From assembly GCA_031411295.1 (NCBI GenBank), contig JANOAV010000182.1, positions 1-39,200 of the forward strand: a stretch of DNA of 39,200 bases. Reading direction: 5' to 3'. Positions 1-8,372 of the stretch are shown here, piece after piece (position 1 is the first letter of the stretch; each line of letters opens with the position of its first letter). The DNA is from Verrucomicrobiales bacterium. GTDB lineage: Bacteria; Verrucomicrobiota; Verrucomicrobiia; Verrucomicrobiales; V1-33. The notes below the pieces were generated by a model. That model saw only the letters and a list, made by a program, of their open reading frames with translations, was not told the DNA's origin and made no database searches. The translations under genes were made by a program, and so were the position numbers.

Positions 1-1
1 C

Positions 2-778
2 CGCGATCACCTGGAGGATCTCGCCCGCAAGCGTCATCCGCAGATCGCCCGCGCGCTGGGCACCACCGTCGAGCGCATCGCCGAAGCCGCCTCGCGGATT
101 GGCCGCCTCACGCCGAATCCCGGTGGCGAGTATGACCCAACCGGAAACCCCTACATCTTGCCAGACGTGGTCATCGAGCGTGATAATGATGGCAATTGGT
201 ATGCCCGCCTCACCGGCGAGCATCTGCCGAATTTGCGGATCAATGATTTTTACAAGGACATGATCGGAAAATCCGGCACCGACGCGAAAGCCCGCCAGTT
301 TCTCCGCGACCAAATCCGCGACGGCCGCAGCCTGATCCACGCCATTTCACTCCGCCAGGAAACCATCCTCGCCATCGCCCACAAACTCATCGAGCAACAA
401 CCGCTGTTCCTCAGCAAGGGCCACCGCCACCTGCGACCGCTGACCATGAACGATATCGCGGACGAACTCAGTCTCCACGCCACAACCATCTCGCGGGCAG
501 TCGCCGGGAAGTATGTTCTAACTCCACACGGCCTGATGGAAATGCGCGCGTTCTTCGCGACCGGCTACCAAACCAGCGACGGCGCCGAGGTCTCCAACGC
601 CGGGGTGCGCGAGGCGATCCAACAGCTCGTAAGCGCCGAAAATCGCGCCAAGCCCCTCTCCGACGAGTTCTTGATGAAGGCGCTCGACAACCAAGGCATT
701 AAGGTCGCCCGACGCACCGTCGCCAAATACCGTGAGCAATTGAACATCCTGCCGTCGCACCTGAGGAAGACATTCTAA
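2..778 (+). CDS. rpoN: RNA polymerase sigma-54 factor, 5'-truncated by the window edge
   Basis: Frame is open from position 2 (RDHLEDLARKRHPQIARALG...NPYILPDVVI). It contains the HTH LRPLTMNDIADELSLHATTISRAV, KPLSD and the RpoN box ARRTVAKYRE. Confidence 0.97.
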   Translation, partial: RDHLEDLARKRHPQIARALGTTVERIAEAASRIGRLTPNPGGEYDPTGNPYILPDVVIERDNDGNWYARLTGEHLPNLRINDFYKDMIGKSGTDAKARQFLRDQIRDGRSLIHAISLRQETILAIAHKLIEQQPLFLSKGHRHLRPLTMNDIADELSLHATTISRAVAGKYVLTPHGLMEMRAFFATGYQTSDGAEVSNAGVREAIQQLVSAENRAKPLSDEFLMKALDNQGIKVARRTVAKYREQLNILPSHLRKTF

Positions 779-784
779 CGACAA

Positions 785-1819
785 TCAATCCGGCTTGCGG
801 AAGCGGTAATGGGAAACGATCCATTCATCACCCTTGCGATAGCCCCATAACTCCGCGCAGGCCATGAAGAAGACCCGCCAGTAGGACCACCATTTGGTAA
901 CTTCTGTGGCCCCATAAGTCGTGGCGAAGAGCGGCTTCAGTTCCTCCGCATGCGCGTCCATGTTTTCCAGCCACGCATTCGACGTCTTCTCGTAGTGGGT
1001 GCCGTTGACGCACCAGTGATCGTCGATCCGCAGGTCGTCCTGGAAATATAGCAACAGATCATCACTGGGCATCTGACCGCCAGTGAAGAAATAACGCGTC
1101 ATCCAATCACTCGGACCCTTATCGACGTAATGATAGGCGTATTCACGATGCGTGAAGATGTGCACAAACAATTTCCCGCCCGGCTTGAGCCACCGGGAAA
1201 TATTGCCCAGCAGTCGCTGATAGTTCTTCATGTGCTCGAACATTTCCACGCTCACCACGCGATCAAACTCGCCTTCGGTAATGTCGAAATTGTTCATGTC
1301 ACAGGTGATGATTTCCAAGTTCTTCAGCCCCCGTGCCGCCGCCTGTCCGTCGATGAAAGCTTTCTGGGTGCGGGAGTTCGAGACGGAAGTGATCCTGGCA
1401 TTGGGGAAATGCTCCGCCATCCAGAGTGATAGCGATCCCCAGCCACAACCGAGTTCCAGGATGCGATGACCATCGGCCAGCTCAGCTCGGGCGCACGTCA
1501 GTTTCAGCATGGCAGCCTCCGCCGCATCCAGCGTGGTAGTGCCCGCTTCCCAGAGCCCTGAACTGTATTTCAAATGCTTTCCTAACGCTCGCAGATAGAA
1601 TTCCGTGGGCACTTCGTAATGCTGCACGTTGGCGGCTTGCGTTTGTTCGGCAATCCCGCGCGTTTTCAGATCCGCCACGTAGCGCAGCAAGGCCGCGCGT
1701 TGGTCTGCAATGTTCGCATGAGCGTGCTCGCGCAACGTTTGTGCCAGCAGACGACGGATACCCGCCCGAATGAGCGCATCCGGAATGAGGGGTGAAGCAA
1801 TAAGTTGATCGAGGTTCAT
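785..1819 (-). CDS. SAM-dependent methyltransferase, cyclopropane-fatty-acid synthase-like family (short type)
   Basis: Motifs ANx[41 protein letters not shown] and [12 protein letters not shown]. Start set at ATG 1819 because it overlaps the upstream stop (ATGA, 1816-1819). Confidence 0.9.
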   Translation of the reverse strand: MNLDQLIASPLIPDALIRAGIRRLLAQTLREHAHANIADQRAALLRYVADLKTRGIAEQTQAANVQHYEVPTEFYLRALGKHLKYSSGLWEAGTTTLDAAEAAMLKLTCARAELADGHRILELGCGWGSLSLWMAEHFPNARITSVSNSRTQKAFIDGQAAARGLKNLEIITCDMNNFDITEGEFDRVVSVEMFEHMKNYQRLLGNISRWLKPGGKLFVHIFTHREYAYHYVDKGPSDWMTRYFFTGGQMPSDDLLLYFQDDLRIDDHWCVNGTHYEKTSNAWLENMDAHAEELKPLFATTYGATEVTKWWSYWRVFFMACAELWGYRKGDEWIVSHYRFRKPD

Positions 1820-2604
1820 AGAGCTTTTGGGGGCCACGGAATGAGTGCGCTCGTGGTGCGTTGGTATTGCCGATACGCCTCGCCTTTGCTCTTCAGGGCG
1901 TATTCCTCGGTGAGTGGGATTCCGGTCACCCGCAGCAGGAAATAGAGCATGAGGATGGGGTTAAGCAGCGTCACCCAGCCATAGGGCGAGGACCAGGCCA
2001 TGAGGCAGAAGGCTACTTGGATGAGGGCTTCGAAGAAATAATTGGGATGCCGCGAATACCGCCAGAGCCCCACGGCACAGACCGTCCCCTTATTGGCAGG
2101 GTCTTGTTTGAAACGCTTCAACTGAGCATCCGCCAACGATTCCCCGAGCAAACTAATGATCGCCAGACCCCAACCCAGAATTTCCAAGAAGCCCAGCTCA
2201 GGCCGCGTATCAAACGACAAGAACAGAAACGGCATCGCAAAAATGGCGACCATGACCGCCTGCAGTTGGAAGAACAGCAGGAACATGCCAGCACCCGGCC
2301 AACGCGCCCGCAGCGTTTGGTAGCGCACATCTTCGGTGGGGTGATGTTTGATGACCCGCAGTAAAATATAGGTCGCCAAACGGAAACTCCAAGCGGCCCC
2401 AAGCGCCAGCCCCACCCACCGCCGGAGCGGCAATCCATGACCCATGATGGCATACAATGGAGCCAGGATCGCTACGCCATACGACCAAGCCACGTCGAGC
2501 AGTCCGTAGTTTTTGATCTTCAAACTCACCAACCAAGTGAGAAAAAAGTAAGTCACGGCAATCGCCAGACTAATGAGGAGCAGGGAAATAATTTCAGGTT
2601 TCAT
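1816..2604 (-). CDS. DUF1295 / steroid 5-alpha-reductase-like membrane protein
   Basis: Multiple TM helices. Motifs [37 protein letters not shown] and [17 protein letters not shown]. Confidence 0.9.
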   Translation of the reverse strand: MKPEIISLLLISLAIAVTYFFLTWLVSLKIKNYGLLDVAWSYGVAILAPLYAIMGHGLPLRRWVGLALGAAWSFRLATYILLRVIKHHPTEDVRYQTLRARWPGAGMFLLFFQLQAVMVAIFAMPFLFLSFDTRPELGFLEILGWGLAIISLLGESLADAQLKRFKQDPANKGTVCAVGLWRYSRHPNYFFEALIQVAFCLMAWSSPYGWVTLLNPILMLYFLLRVTGIPLTEEYALKSKGEAYRQYQRTTSALIPWPPKAL

Positions 2605-3079
2605 GACGCACGCGGTTGGCCCAAGCGCGTAGCGGTGAGCGGGTTAGGAAGTAAATCACCGCCCCAAGCACCGGAGTAATCAGCGCCCACACAATGACGC
2701 CACGCACGCCAGTCATGCCGTAGTTTTGAAAGAAGTGCAGGAAGTCGGTAAAGAACGCCTTGATGATAATCGGGATACTCAGTTCCGCATGGGGCTGCTG
2801 AAACAACATCTCCCCAGCCCGGTAGTAGGGCAGCAGCGTGGCCAGATGCACCGGATACATGCAAAGGCAAAGAAACTGGACCAATGCCTGATTCAACTTC
2901 CAACGCACCGCAATGAATCCACAGAGCACGGTGGTGAACCCTAACAGCGGAAACATGCCTGCCGTCCCCGCCACCGCCATCGTCAGCGCAATACTCTCCA
3001 CTCCCAGTCCCTGACGGAACTGGGTAACGATCGGTTGCACGAACCGACGCTGCCAGAGGGATGGCGTGGCATTTGGCAT
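2594..3079 (-). CDS. DUF2062-like membrane protein
   Basis: Hydrophobic protein with QGxxxExIALT, GMFPLLGFTTVLC and LNQ motifs. It overlaps the start of the next gene. ATG 3079 is preferred to 3130. Confidence 0.7.
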   Translation of the reverse strand: MPNATPSLWQRRFVQPIVTQFRQGLGVESIALTMAVAGTAGMFPLLGFTTVLCGFIAVRWKLNQALVQFLCLCMYPVHLATLLPYYRAGEMLFQQPHAELSIPIIIKAFFTDFLHFFQNYGMTGVRGVIVWALITPVLGAVIYFLTRSPLRAWANRVRHET

Positions 3080-3123
3080 GGAGGTTAAATGTAAGCTGTT
3101 GAGAGAATCAGGCACAGCACCAA

Positions 3124-3150
3124 AACGCATAGCACCGCCGAAAAGATGCG
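3124..3150 (-). promoter_or_regulatory. Candidate ECF-sigma promoter CGCATCT-N16-CGTT upstream of the DUF2062-like gene
   Basis: Same layout and 16-nt spacing as CGCAACC-N16-CGTA upstream of cfa. It lies about 45 nt before ATG 3079. Confidence 0.3.
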
Positions 3151-3199
3151 TAATATTTCATTGGTGGCTGGGCCCCTTTCGCGACCACAAGGTGGTGGA

Positions 3200-3242
3200 G
3201 GCACCCTTGCCACCGTGCTGTTAGTGCGATGGCGCAAATGCC
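3200..3242 (-). other. Imperfect stem-loop (terminator- or REP-like) downstream of the antitoxin
   Basis: Minus strand GGCATTTGCGCCATCG-loop-CGGTGGCAAGGGTGCC pairs with several G-U pairs and two mismatches. No U-tract follows. Confidence 0.3.
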
Positions 3243-3265
3243 AGCCCGTTCGCCCACGCTGGTCT

Positions 3266-3508
3266 TCACGAATCGCCCCGTGCCTCACTATTCAAATCTG
3301 TTGCCGTGGTTGGCATGGTGGCATTCCCATAAATGGATTGGAGCCGAGCCTCGAAATCGGGTAAGGTCGCGACAGCTCTCGGCGGCGGGGCAGACAGGAT
3401 CTCCACAGGATGGTTTCTCCGACGAATCTCCACCTGCTCTCCTTGCTCTACCAGCGCCAACACGGCCGTGGTGTCGTGGCGTAATTCTCTGATGGTGGCT
3501 GTTTTCAT
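3266..3508 (-). CDS. Type II toxin-antitoxin antitoxin, Phd/YefM (prevent-host-death) family; orphan
   Basis: 80 aa beginning MKTATIRELRHDTTAVLALVEQGEQVEIRRRNHPV, a typical Phd/YefM N-terminal pattern, with a PDFEARL tail. A near-palindrome TGTG-A-CACA (3511-3519) lies just upstream. Confidence 0.85.
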   Translation of the reverse strand: MKTATIRELRHDTTAVLALVEQGEQVEIRRRNHPVEILSAPPPRAVATLPDFEARLQSIYGNATMPTTATDLNSEARGDS

Positions 3509-3559
3509 GGTGTGACACAATGATGTGAAAAGCGCAGAAAGACAACCCGAATTCAGCGA

Positions 3560-3889
3560 CTATCGCTTCGTAATCACCTCCGCCATCGTAGCCGTGCGGG
3601 GCAGGCGGAAGAGGCGGATGAGCATGAAAATGGCCATAGCGATATTTCCCAGCAGGAGGATGGCAATCAACCAACTGGTGCGACGGAGCCACGTGGACTC
3701 CAGCCATGCGACCCACAGCCAGAAGGCGAGAAAGGCGAAGTAGGTGTCGAATAACGTGGCGATGAACCATGGATGGGTGGCCACTGCGCGTGGAGTATTC
3801 CACAAGGCCACTTCCGTGCTGGCCCAAGTCGTAACGGCTAGCATGGCCAGCAGGATTCCGATGAAGAGAAAACGAAGGGCAATTATCAT
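3560..3889 (-). CDS. DUF1475-like small membrane protein
   Basis: Three TM segments with motifs PWFIATLFDTYFAF and ILLLGNIAM. ATGA overlap with the cfa stop. Confidence 0.8.
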   Translation of the reverse strand: MIIALRFLFIGILLAMLAVTTWASTEVALWNTPRAVATHPWFIATLFDTYFAFLAFWLWVAWLESTWLRRTSWLIAILLLGNIAMAIFMLIRLFRLPRTATMAEVITKR

Positions 3890-5112
3890 GAGTAGAGCAG
3901 TGGATTGTTGGGTCGGGTGTAGATGGCCTGGACCACGCTGATGTTACGGGTGGCAAAGGCGGCTTCACAGTATTGCAGATAGTAGTTCCATTTGCGGATG
4001 AACGCATCATCGAATCCCAGTGCGCGCACTTCTGGCAGCTTCTGGTTAAACGTTTCCCACCACAAATGCAGCGTCCGCGCATAACTCAGCCCGATATCCT
4101 GCAAGTCATGTAGAAAGAGATCGCCCGTGTCTTGCAGACGTTGACTAACGCGACCGATGCTGAGCAGCAGCGAGCCGGGGAAAATGTGTTTCTGAATCCA
4201 ATCCACCCCGTTCCGCAATTCCTGATGCCGACTGTCCGGCACCGTGATGTATTGCAGCCCCACCATCCCCGCTGGCTTGAGCAGTCGGTGTAATTGTTGG
4301 CAGTAGTGCCGCAAGTATTTATCTCCTAACGCCTCCATCATTTCGATGGAAATAATCTTATCGAACTGCCCAGGAACATCCCGATAATCCTGCTTTTTGA
4401 CAGTAATGCGATCACTCAAACCCGCATTGGCGATCCGTTCCGTGGCGTAGGCGAACTGTCGCTCGGAAATGGTGACGGTGGTAACCCGACAGCCATAGCG
4501 CTCCGCCGCATAACAAGCAAAACCGCCCCAACCAGTGCCGATTTCCAGCACATGATCAGTGGCGCAAAGTTTCACTTTGCGGCACAGCGCTTCGTATTTC
4601 GCGAGTTGGGACTCGTGCAGCGTTGTCTCCGGCGTGGCGAAGATGCCGCTGGAATACGTCAGGGTTTCATCGAGCCACAGTTTATAAAAATCATTGCCCA
4701 GGTCGTAATGCTCCGCAATGTTTCGCTCCGCCACCTTCTTGCTATTCGGCCGCAAGAGGTGCTGAATGCGATTTGCTGAGCGCAAAAAATTGAGCGCCAT
4801 GGCCTTGGCTTTACTCCCGCTCATGCCGGGACTGTGATCGATGTTCGCAATGGCCCACGCAATCACCCGTTCGATGCTTGGCGTGTCCCAATCTCCCGCC
4901 ACATAACTTTCGCCAAAGCCGATGTCCCCATAGCGGAGAACTTGCTGGAAAAAACCCGCGCGATGAATCGTCATTTCCGCCTGCGGCTCAACAGTTGCGG
5001 ATCCAATGAGTTTCACGACGCCATCGGGCAAGGTTAGACGCAGCCCTCCCTGAGCCATCTTTTCCAAAGAGGACATGACGAGGCGATGGGCGAGAGAAGG
5101 TGCGGCAGACAT
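3886..5112 (-). CDS. cfa: Cyclopropane-fatty-acyl-phospholipid synthase family methyltransferase
   Basis: Motifs GFGESYVAGDW, NIAEHYDLGNDFY, TYSSG, VLEIGTGWGG, SIEMMEALG, IQKHIFPG and WNYYLQYCEAAF. ATG 5112 is preferred to 5187. Confidence 0.93.
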   Translation of the reverse strand: MSAAPSLAHRLVMSSLEKMAQGGLRLTLPDGVVKLIGSATVEPQAEMTIHRAGFFQQVLRYGDIGFGESYVAGDWDTPSIERVIAWAIANIDHSPGMSGSKAKAMALNFLRSANRIQHLLRPNSKKVAERNIAEHYDLGNDFYKLWLDETLTYSSGIFATPETTLHESQLAKYEALCRKVKLCATDHVLEIGTGWGGFACYAAERYGCRVTTVTISERQFAYATERIANAGLSDRITVKKQDYRDVPGQFDKIISIEMMEALGDKYLRHYCQQLHRLLKPAGMVGLQYITVPDSRHQELRNGVDWIQKHIFPGSLLLSIGRVSQRLQDTGDLFLHDLQDIGLSYARTLHLWWETFNQKLPEVRALGFDDAFIRKWNYYLQYCEAAFATRNISVVQAIYTRPNNPLLYS

Positions 5113-5138
5113 TAACAAGACGAATAGGTTTTCTCTTC

Positions 5139-5165
5139 TACGAGTAACCCACCAGTTTGGTTGCG
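5139..5165 (-). promoter_or_regulatory. Candidate ECF-sigma promoter CGCAACC-N16-CGTA for the cfa cluster
   Basis: AAC-containing -35 and CGTA -10 are typical of ECF promoters. The -10 ends 26 nt before ATG 5112. Confidence 0.4.
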
Positions 5166-5318
5166 ACAAATAGGGAATTACGGCCACAGGCTAAGGAGTG
5201 CCCAGCCCACAGGCAAGTGCTCGCTTTGCCCAGTCCATCCTGCAACCACTTCCTGTTTCTCCCTAAAATTCCGCACACGCGCGATTTAGCAGTCGGCCAC
5301 AATCGGTCATGATGCGGC

Positions 5319-6593
5319 ATGAATATTTCCCGCCGCTCTGCCTTGAAACATCACGCCATCCTTACTCTGGGGGCCGCCGGGGGCGTGGCACCCCGACTGC
5401 GGGCCGCCGACAGCGCCCTGCAAAAACTGCGTGTGGCCGTGTTCGGGCTTGGGCGCGGCATGGGGCACGTGAGCGCGCTGCTGCAGTTGCCCAACGTGGA
5501 GATTGCCTACCTGGCCGAAGTGGACCCGGATCGGCTAGCCGGAGGCTTAAAGGCCGTGGCCGCCAAGCAGGAGGCGGCCTGTCAGGGCGTCGTCGATTTC
5601 CGGAAAGCTTTGGAGGACAAGTCGCTGGACGCAGTTTTCATCGCGCTGCCTAACTTTTGGCACACGCCTGCGGCCCTGCTCGCCATGCAGGCCGGCAAGC
5701 ACGTCTATGTGGAAAAGCCCGGCAGCCAGAACCCTCACGAAGCGGAAATGATCGTGGCCGCAGCCGAGAAATATCACCGCGTGGTGCAGATGGGCAATCA
5801 GCGTCGGACTTGGATGAAGGAAGCCATCGAGGCGTTGCACGGCGGGGCGATTGGCAAAGTGAAGTTTGCCCGCGCCTTCTACTATAATTCTCGTGGCGCG
5901 ATTGGTCAGGGCGCAAACAAAGCCTCGGCGGGTTTGGATCTGAACTTATGGCAGGGCCCGGTGCCGGACGAACGGGAGATGCGACCTTACTTGCACTATG
6001 ATTGGCATTGGCTCTGGCATTGGGGTAACGGGGAACTGGGCAACAACGGCATTCATTTCCTGGACATCCTGCGGTGGGGCTTGCAGGTGGAATACCCTCA
6101 TCGTGTCACCTCCAACGGCGGCCGCTACTGGCATGATGATAAACAGGAAACGCCTGACACCGGCACCACGGTGTTTGACTTCGGACATGTCGGCATGGAG
6201 TGGGCTCAGAGCAGTTGCTCACCGCGTGCGGCGGAAAAGCCATTGGGCGAATGCCTTTTCTATGGCGACAACGGCACTACCTTGGCCATCAACAGCAGTG
6301 CCTGGACCATCTACGACGGCAAGGGAGCCAAGGTCAGCGAAGACAAAGGCAAAGGTGGTGGCGACGTGGCCCACATCGGGAACTTCATCGACACCATTCG
6401 TGACCAAGCCAAACTCAACAGCCCCATCGCAGAAGGCCAGAAGAGCACGATGCTCTGCCACTTGGGAAACATCGCCTATCGCACCAACAGCGTCGTCCGT
6501 TGCGATCCTAAGACGGGGAAACTCCTTGATCACCCAGCCGGAATGAAACTCTGGAGCCGGGAATACCGTGCCGGGTGGGAAGTCAAGGTATGA
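5319..6593 (+). CDS. Gfo/Idh/MocA family oxidoreductase with Tat signal
   Basis: Twin-arginine SRRSALK, Rossmann VAVFGLGRG, and motifs LPNFWH, GKHVYVEKP, QMGNQRR and GELGNNGIHFLD. Confidence 0.93.
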   Translation: MNISRRSALKHHAILTLGAAGGVAPRLRAADSALQKLRVAVFGLGRGMGHVSALLQLPNVEIAYLAEVDPDRLAGGLKAVAAKQEAACQGVVDFRKALEDKSLDAVFIALPNFWHTPAALLAMQAGKHVYVEKPGSQNPHEAEMIVAAAEKYHRVVQMGNQRRTWMKEAIEALHGGAIGKVKFARAFYYNSRGAIGQGANKASAGLDLNLWQGPVPDEREMRPYLHYDWHWLWHWGNGELGNNGIHFLDILRWGLQVEYPHRVTSNGGRYWHDDKQETPDTGTTVFDFGHVGMEWAQSSCSPRAAEKPLGECLFYGDNGTTLAINSSAWTIYDGKGAKVSEDKGKGGGDVAHIGNFIDTIRDQAKLNSPIAEGQKSTMLCHLGNIAYRTNSVVRCDPKTGKLLDHPAGMKLWSREYRAGWEVKV

Positions 6594-6599
6594 GCTGAG

Positions 6600-7685
6600 T
6601 TACGGCGCCCGCCCAGCCCCGATGGTAGTTAGGATCACCTCCGCGTAGATCCGATGACCGTAATCATTAGGATGATTCAGGCCATTGCCAGACAAATCCA
6701 GATAACGTTTCCGCTCCGCAATGGCACTCCACACCGTGGTCACATTGGCCAGAGCGATGCCTGGACCCGTCAGTTTCGCCAAGGCCGTCGCGTATTGCGG
6801 ATACAATTCTGGGGAGGCTCCGGTCCACTCATGATTCGCAGTCATGGGGGAGATGAGGACTACGGCACATTCGGGAAACGCCGCCTGCACTGGGGCGTAG
6901 ATTTCCCGGGCCAGGCGCACGAGTTCTTCCGGGCTGCGTTTGCCGGAAGCGTCATTCATGCCAAATGCTAGCAGGAAGATGTCGGGCTTAGCTGCGATCA
7001 CTTTGGGAACTTGCGTCAGTCCCCAATTCGAATCCATCCCGCCGACCGAGAGATTGGTCAGAGTGACCTTGCCCGCGCTGCGTTTTTCCAGCCCTTGCCG
7101 CACCAGCTCAGGATAACCTGGCTGGTTCGGTTCCGCCTTGGAAATGGCGGAAGCATCGGCCCCGGTGGAAATGCTGTCGCCTAGCAAGACGAGATTGAGC
7201 GGTTGCTGGGTGGACAATTTCGCGCGCAGTTTCCCTAACTGTTCATCGGGCGCAGCGGCCACGGCAGGCGATTTCCAATCGTCCGCGCTGACATAGTCCG
7301 CCTTGCATTGCAGATCATGCAGCACCCGGCCGGGACCGAAGAACATCCAAGCTTCGGTGCCGCGCTGTGACTTGTAGGAGTTCGGTGAGTTCGGTGCCGG
7401 ATGCAGTTCGGCAGGCGTCTTGAAAGGAACACGGGAATCAGCAGTCAGGGTTAAACTACGGCTCCCGGTTTCCCAGGTGTAATCTTTGCCGACCGAAAAT
7501 TTCACAGACATATCACCCGACACCAACTCCGGAGCAGTTTGCGGCACATGCAGCAATTGCGCGGTAGCGGACGCCTTGGTTTCACCCGTAAACAAGAGCG
7601 GCTCCGCAGTTACGCGTTCCGGTTCTGCGGCCAGTAGGCTGGAACCAAAAAGCAGGATGAGAGCGTAGGATAGATGAAAATTCAT
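6600..7685 (-). CDS. Secreted SGNH/GDSL hydrolase
   Basis: Signal peptide MNFHLSYALILLFGSSLLA. SGNH blocks LLGDSIS, VGG, AFGMND and NHPNDYGH. Confidence 0.88.
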   Translation of the reverse strand: MNFHLSYALILLFGSSLLAAEPERVTAEPLLFTGETKASATAQLLHVPQTAPELVSGDMSVKFSVGKDYTWETGSRSLTLTADSRVPFKTPAELHPAPNSPNSYKSQRGTEAWMFFGPGRVLHDLQCKADYVSADDWKSPAVAAAPDEQLGKLRAKLSTQQPLNLVLLGDSISTGADASAISKAEPNQPGYPELVRQGLEKRSAGKVTLTNLSVGGMDSNWGLTQVPKVIAAKPDIFLLAFGMNDASGKRSPEELVRLAREIYAPVQAAFPECAVVLISPMTANHEWTGASPELYPQYATALAKLTGPGIALANVTTVWSAIAERKRYLDLSGNGLNHPNDYGHRIYAEVILTTIGAGRAP

Positions 7686-7752
7686 GGATAGCCCGACGAT
7701 AGCGGGAGGCCGTATCTCCGCAGAATTTTGCCATACGCAAAGTTGCACTCAC

Positions 7753-8313
7753 TTATACCTGAGCCGCCGCCGACTCATGGATTTTCTGGATCTTGGCAAT
7801 CGCGCGCTGAGTGGTGGCATGCCAGTCGGTATCATCAGGATACGGCGCAAAGACCGATTTTCCGGTGGCCGGATTGTAGATGCGGCAGAACAGCACCTGC
7901 TCCGTCTCCCCTGGTTCCACGCCAATCATGATCGGATTGCGGAAGGCCTCGCCCGGGAGTTTCGCTAGCGTGTGGAGGAGTCCGCGGGCAAAGAGAGTTT
8001 CGAATCCAGCTTGAATCACATACAGCCGATCCGCTCGGATCGTTAAGTTCACTTTGATGTCCGGCTTGCCACGGAATTCCTTTTCCTCCAATTCCAGTTT
8101 CTCGATATACCCGGTGAGCCCCGTGTGATCGATGGGTTCATGTTCGTTCTTGGCGCTATTCCAGAAATACCAGAGGCAATCGTTGTATTGCCGATTGGCA
8201 TAGATGAAGCGGGCCTTGGGCGGAGAGCCAAAGCCCAGCGCCACCGGCGGCGGGGCCAGGCGGGCAGTTTTCAGTTCTTCCAGAATTGCTTGCAGTAGGG
8301 ACTCGGTGTTCAT
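7753..8313 (-). CDS. Hypothetical protein (186 aa)
   Basis: Clean ORF with protein-like composition and AGAAAGG just upstream of the ATG. No signal peptide and no recognised family. Confidence 0.75.
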   Translation of the reverse strand: MNTESLLQAILEELKTARLAPPPVALGFGSPPKARFIYANRQYNDCLWYFWNSAKNEHEPIDHTGLTGYIEKLELEEKEFRGKPDIKVNLTIRADRLYVIQAGFETLFARGLLHTLAKLPGEAFRNPIMIGVEPGETEQVLFCRIYNPATGKSVFAPYPDDTDWHATTQRAIAKIQKIHESAAAQV

Positions 8314-8372
8314 CAGACCTTTCTAGCACAGGGCAAATCATTGGCAAGTCCCGCTAGCCCGAATTAATGAAC

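Noticed and set aside
3085..4082. ORFs 3085-3288 and 3288-4082 as a toxin or extra genes
   Set aside because: They overlap better-supported genes in other frames and show no toxin motifs.
770..6605. Intrinsic terminators between the convergent gene pairs (778/785 and 6593/6600)
   Set aside because: Only 6-bp gaps, with no hairpin plus U-tract visible.
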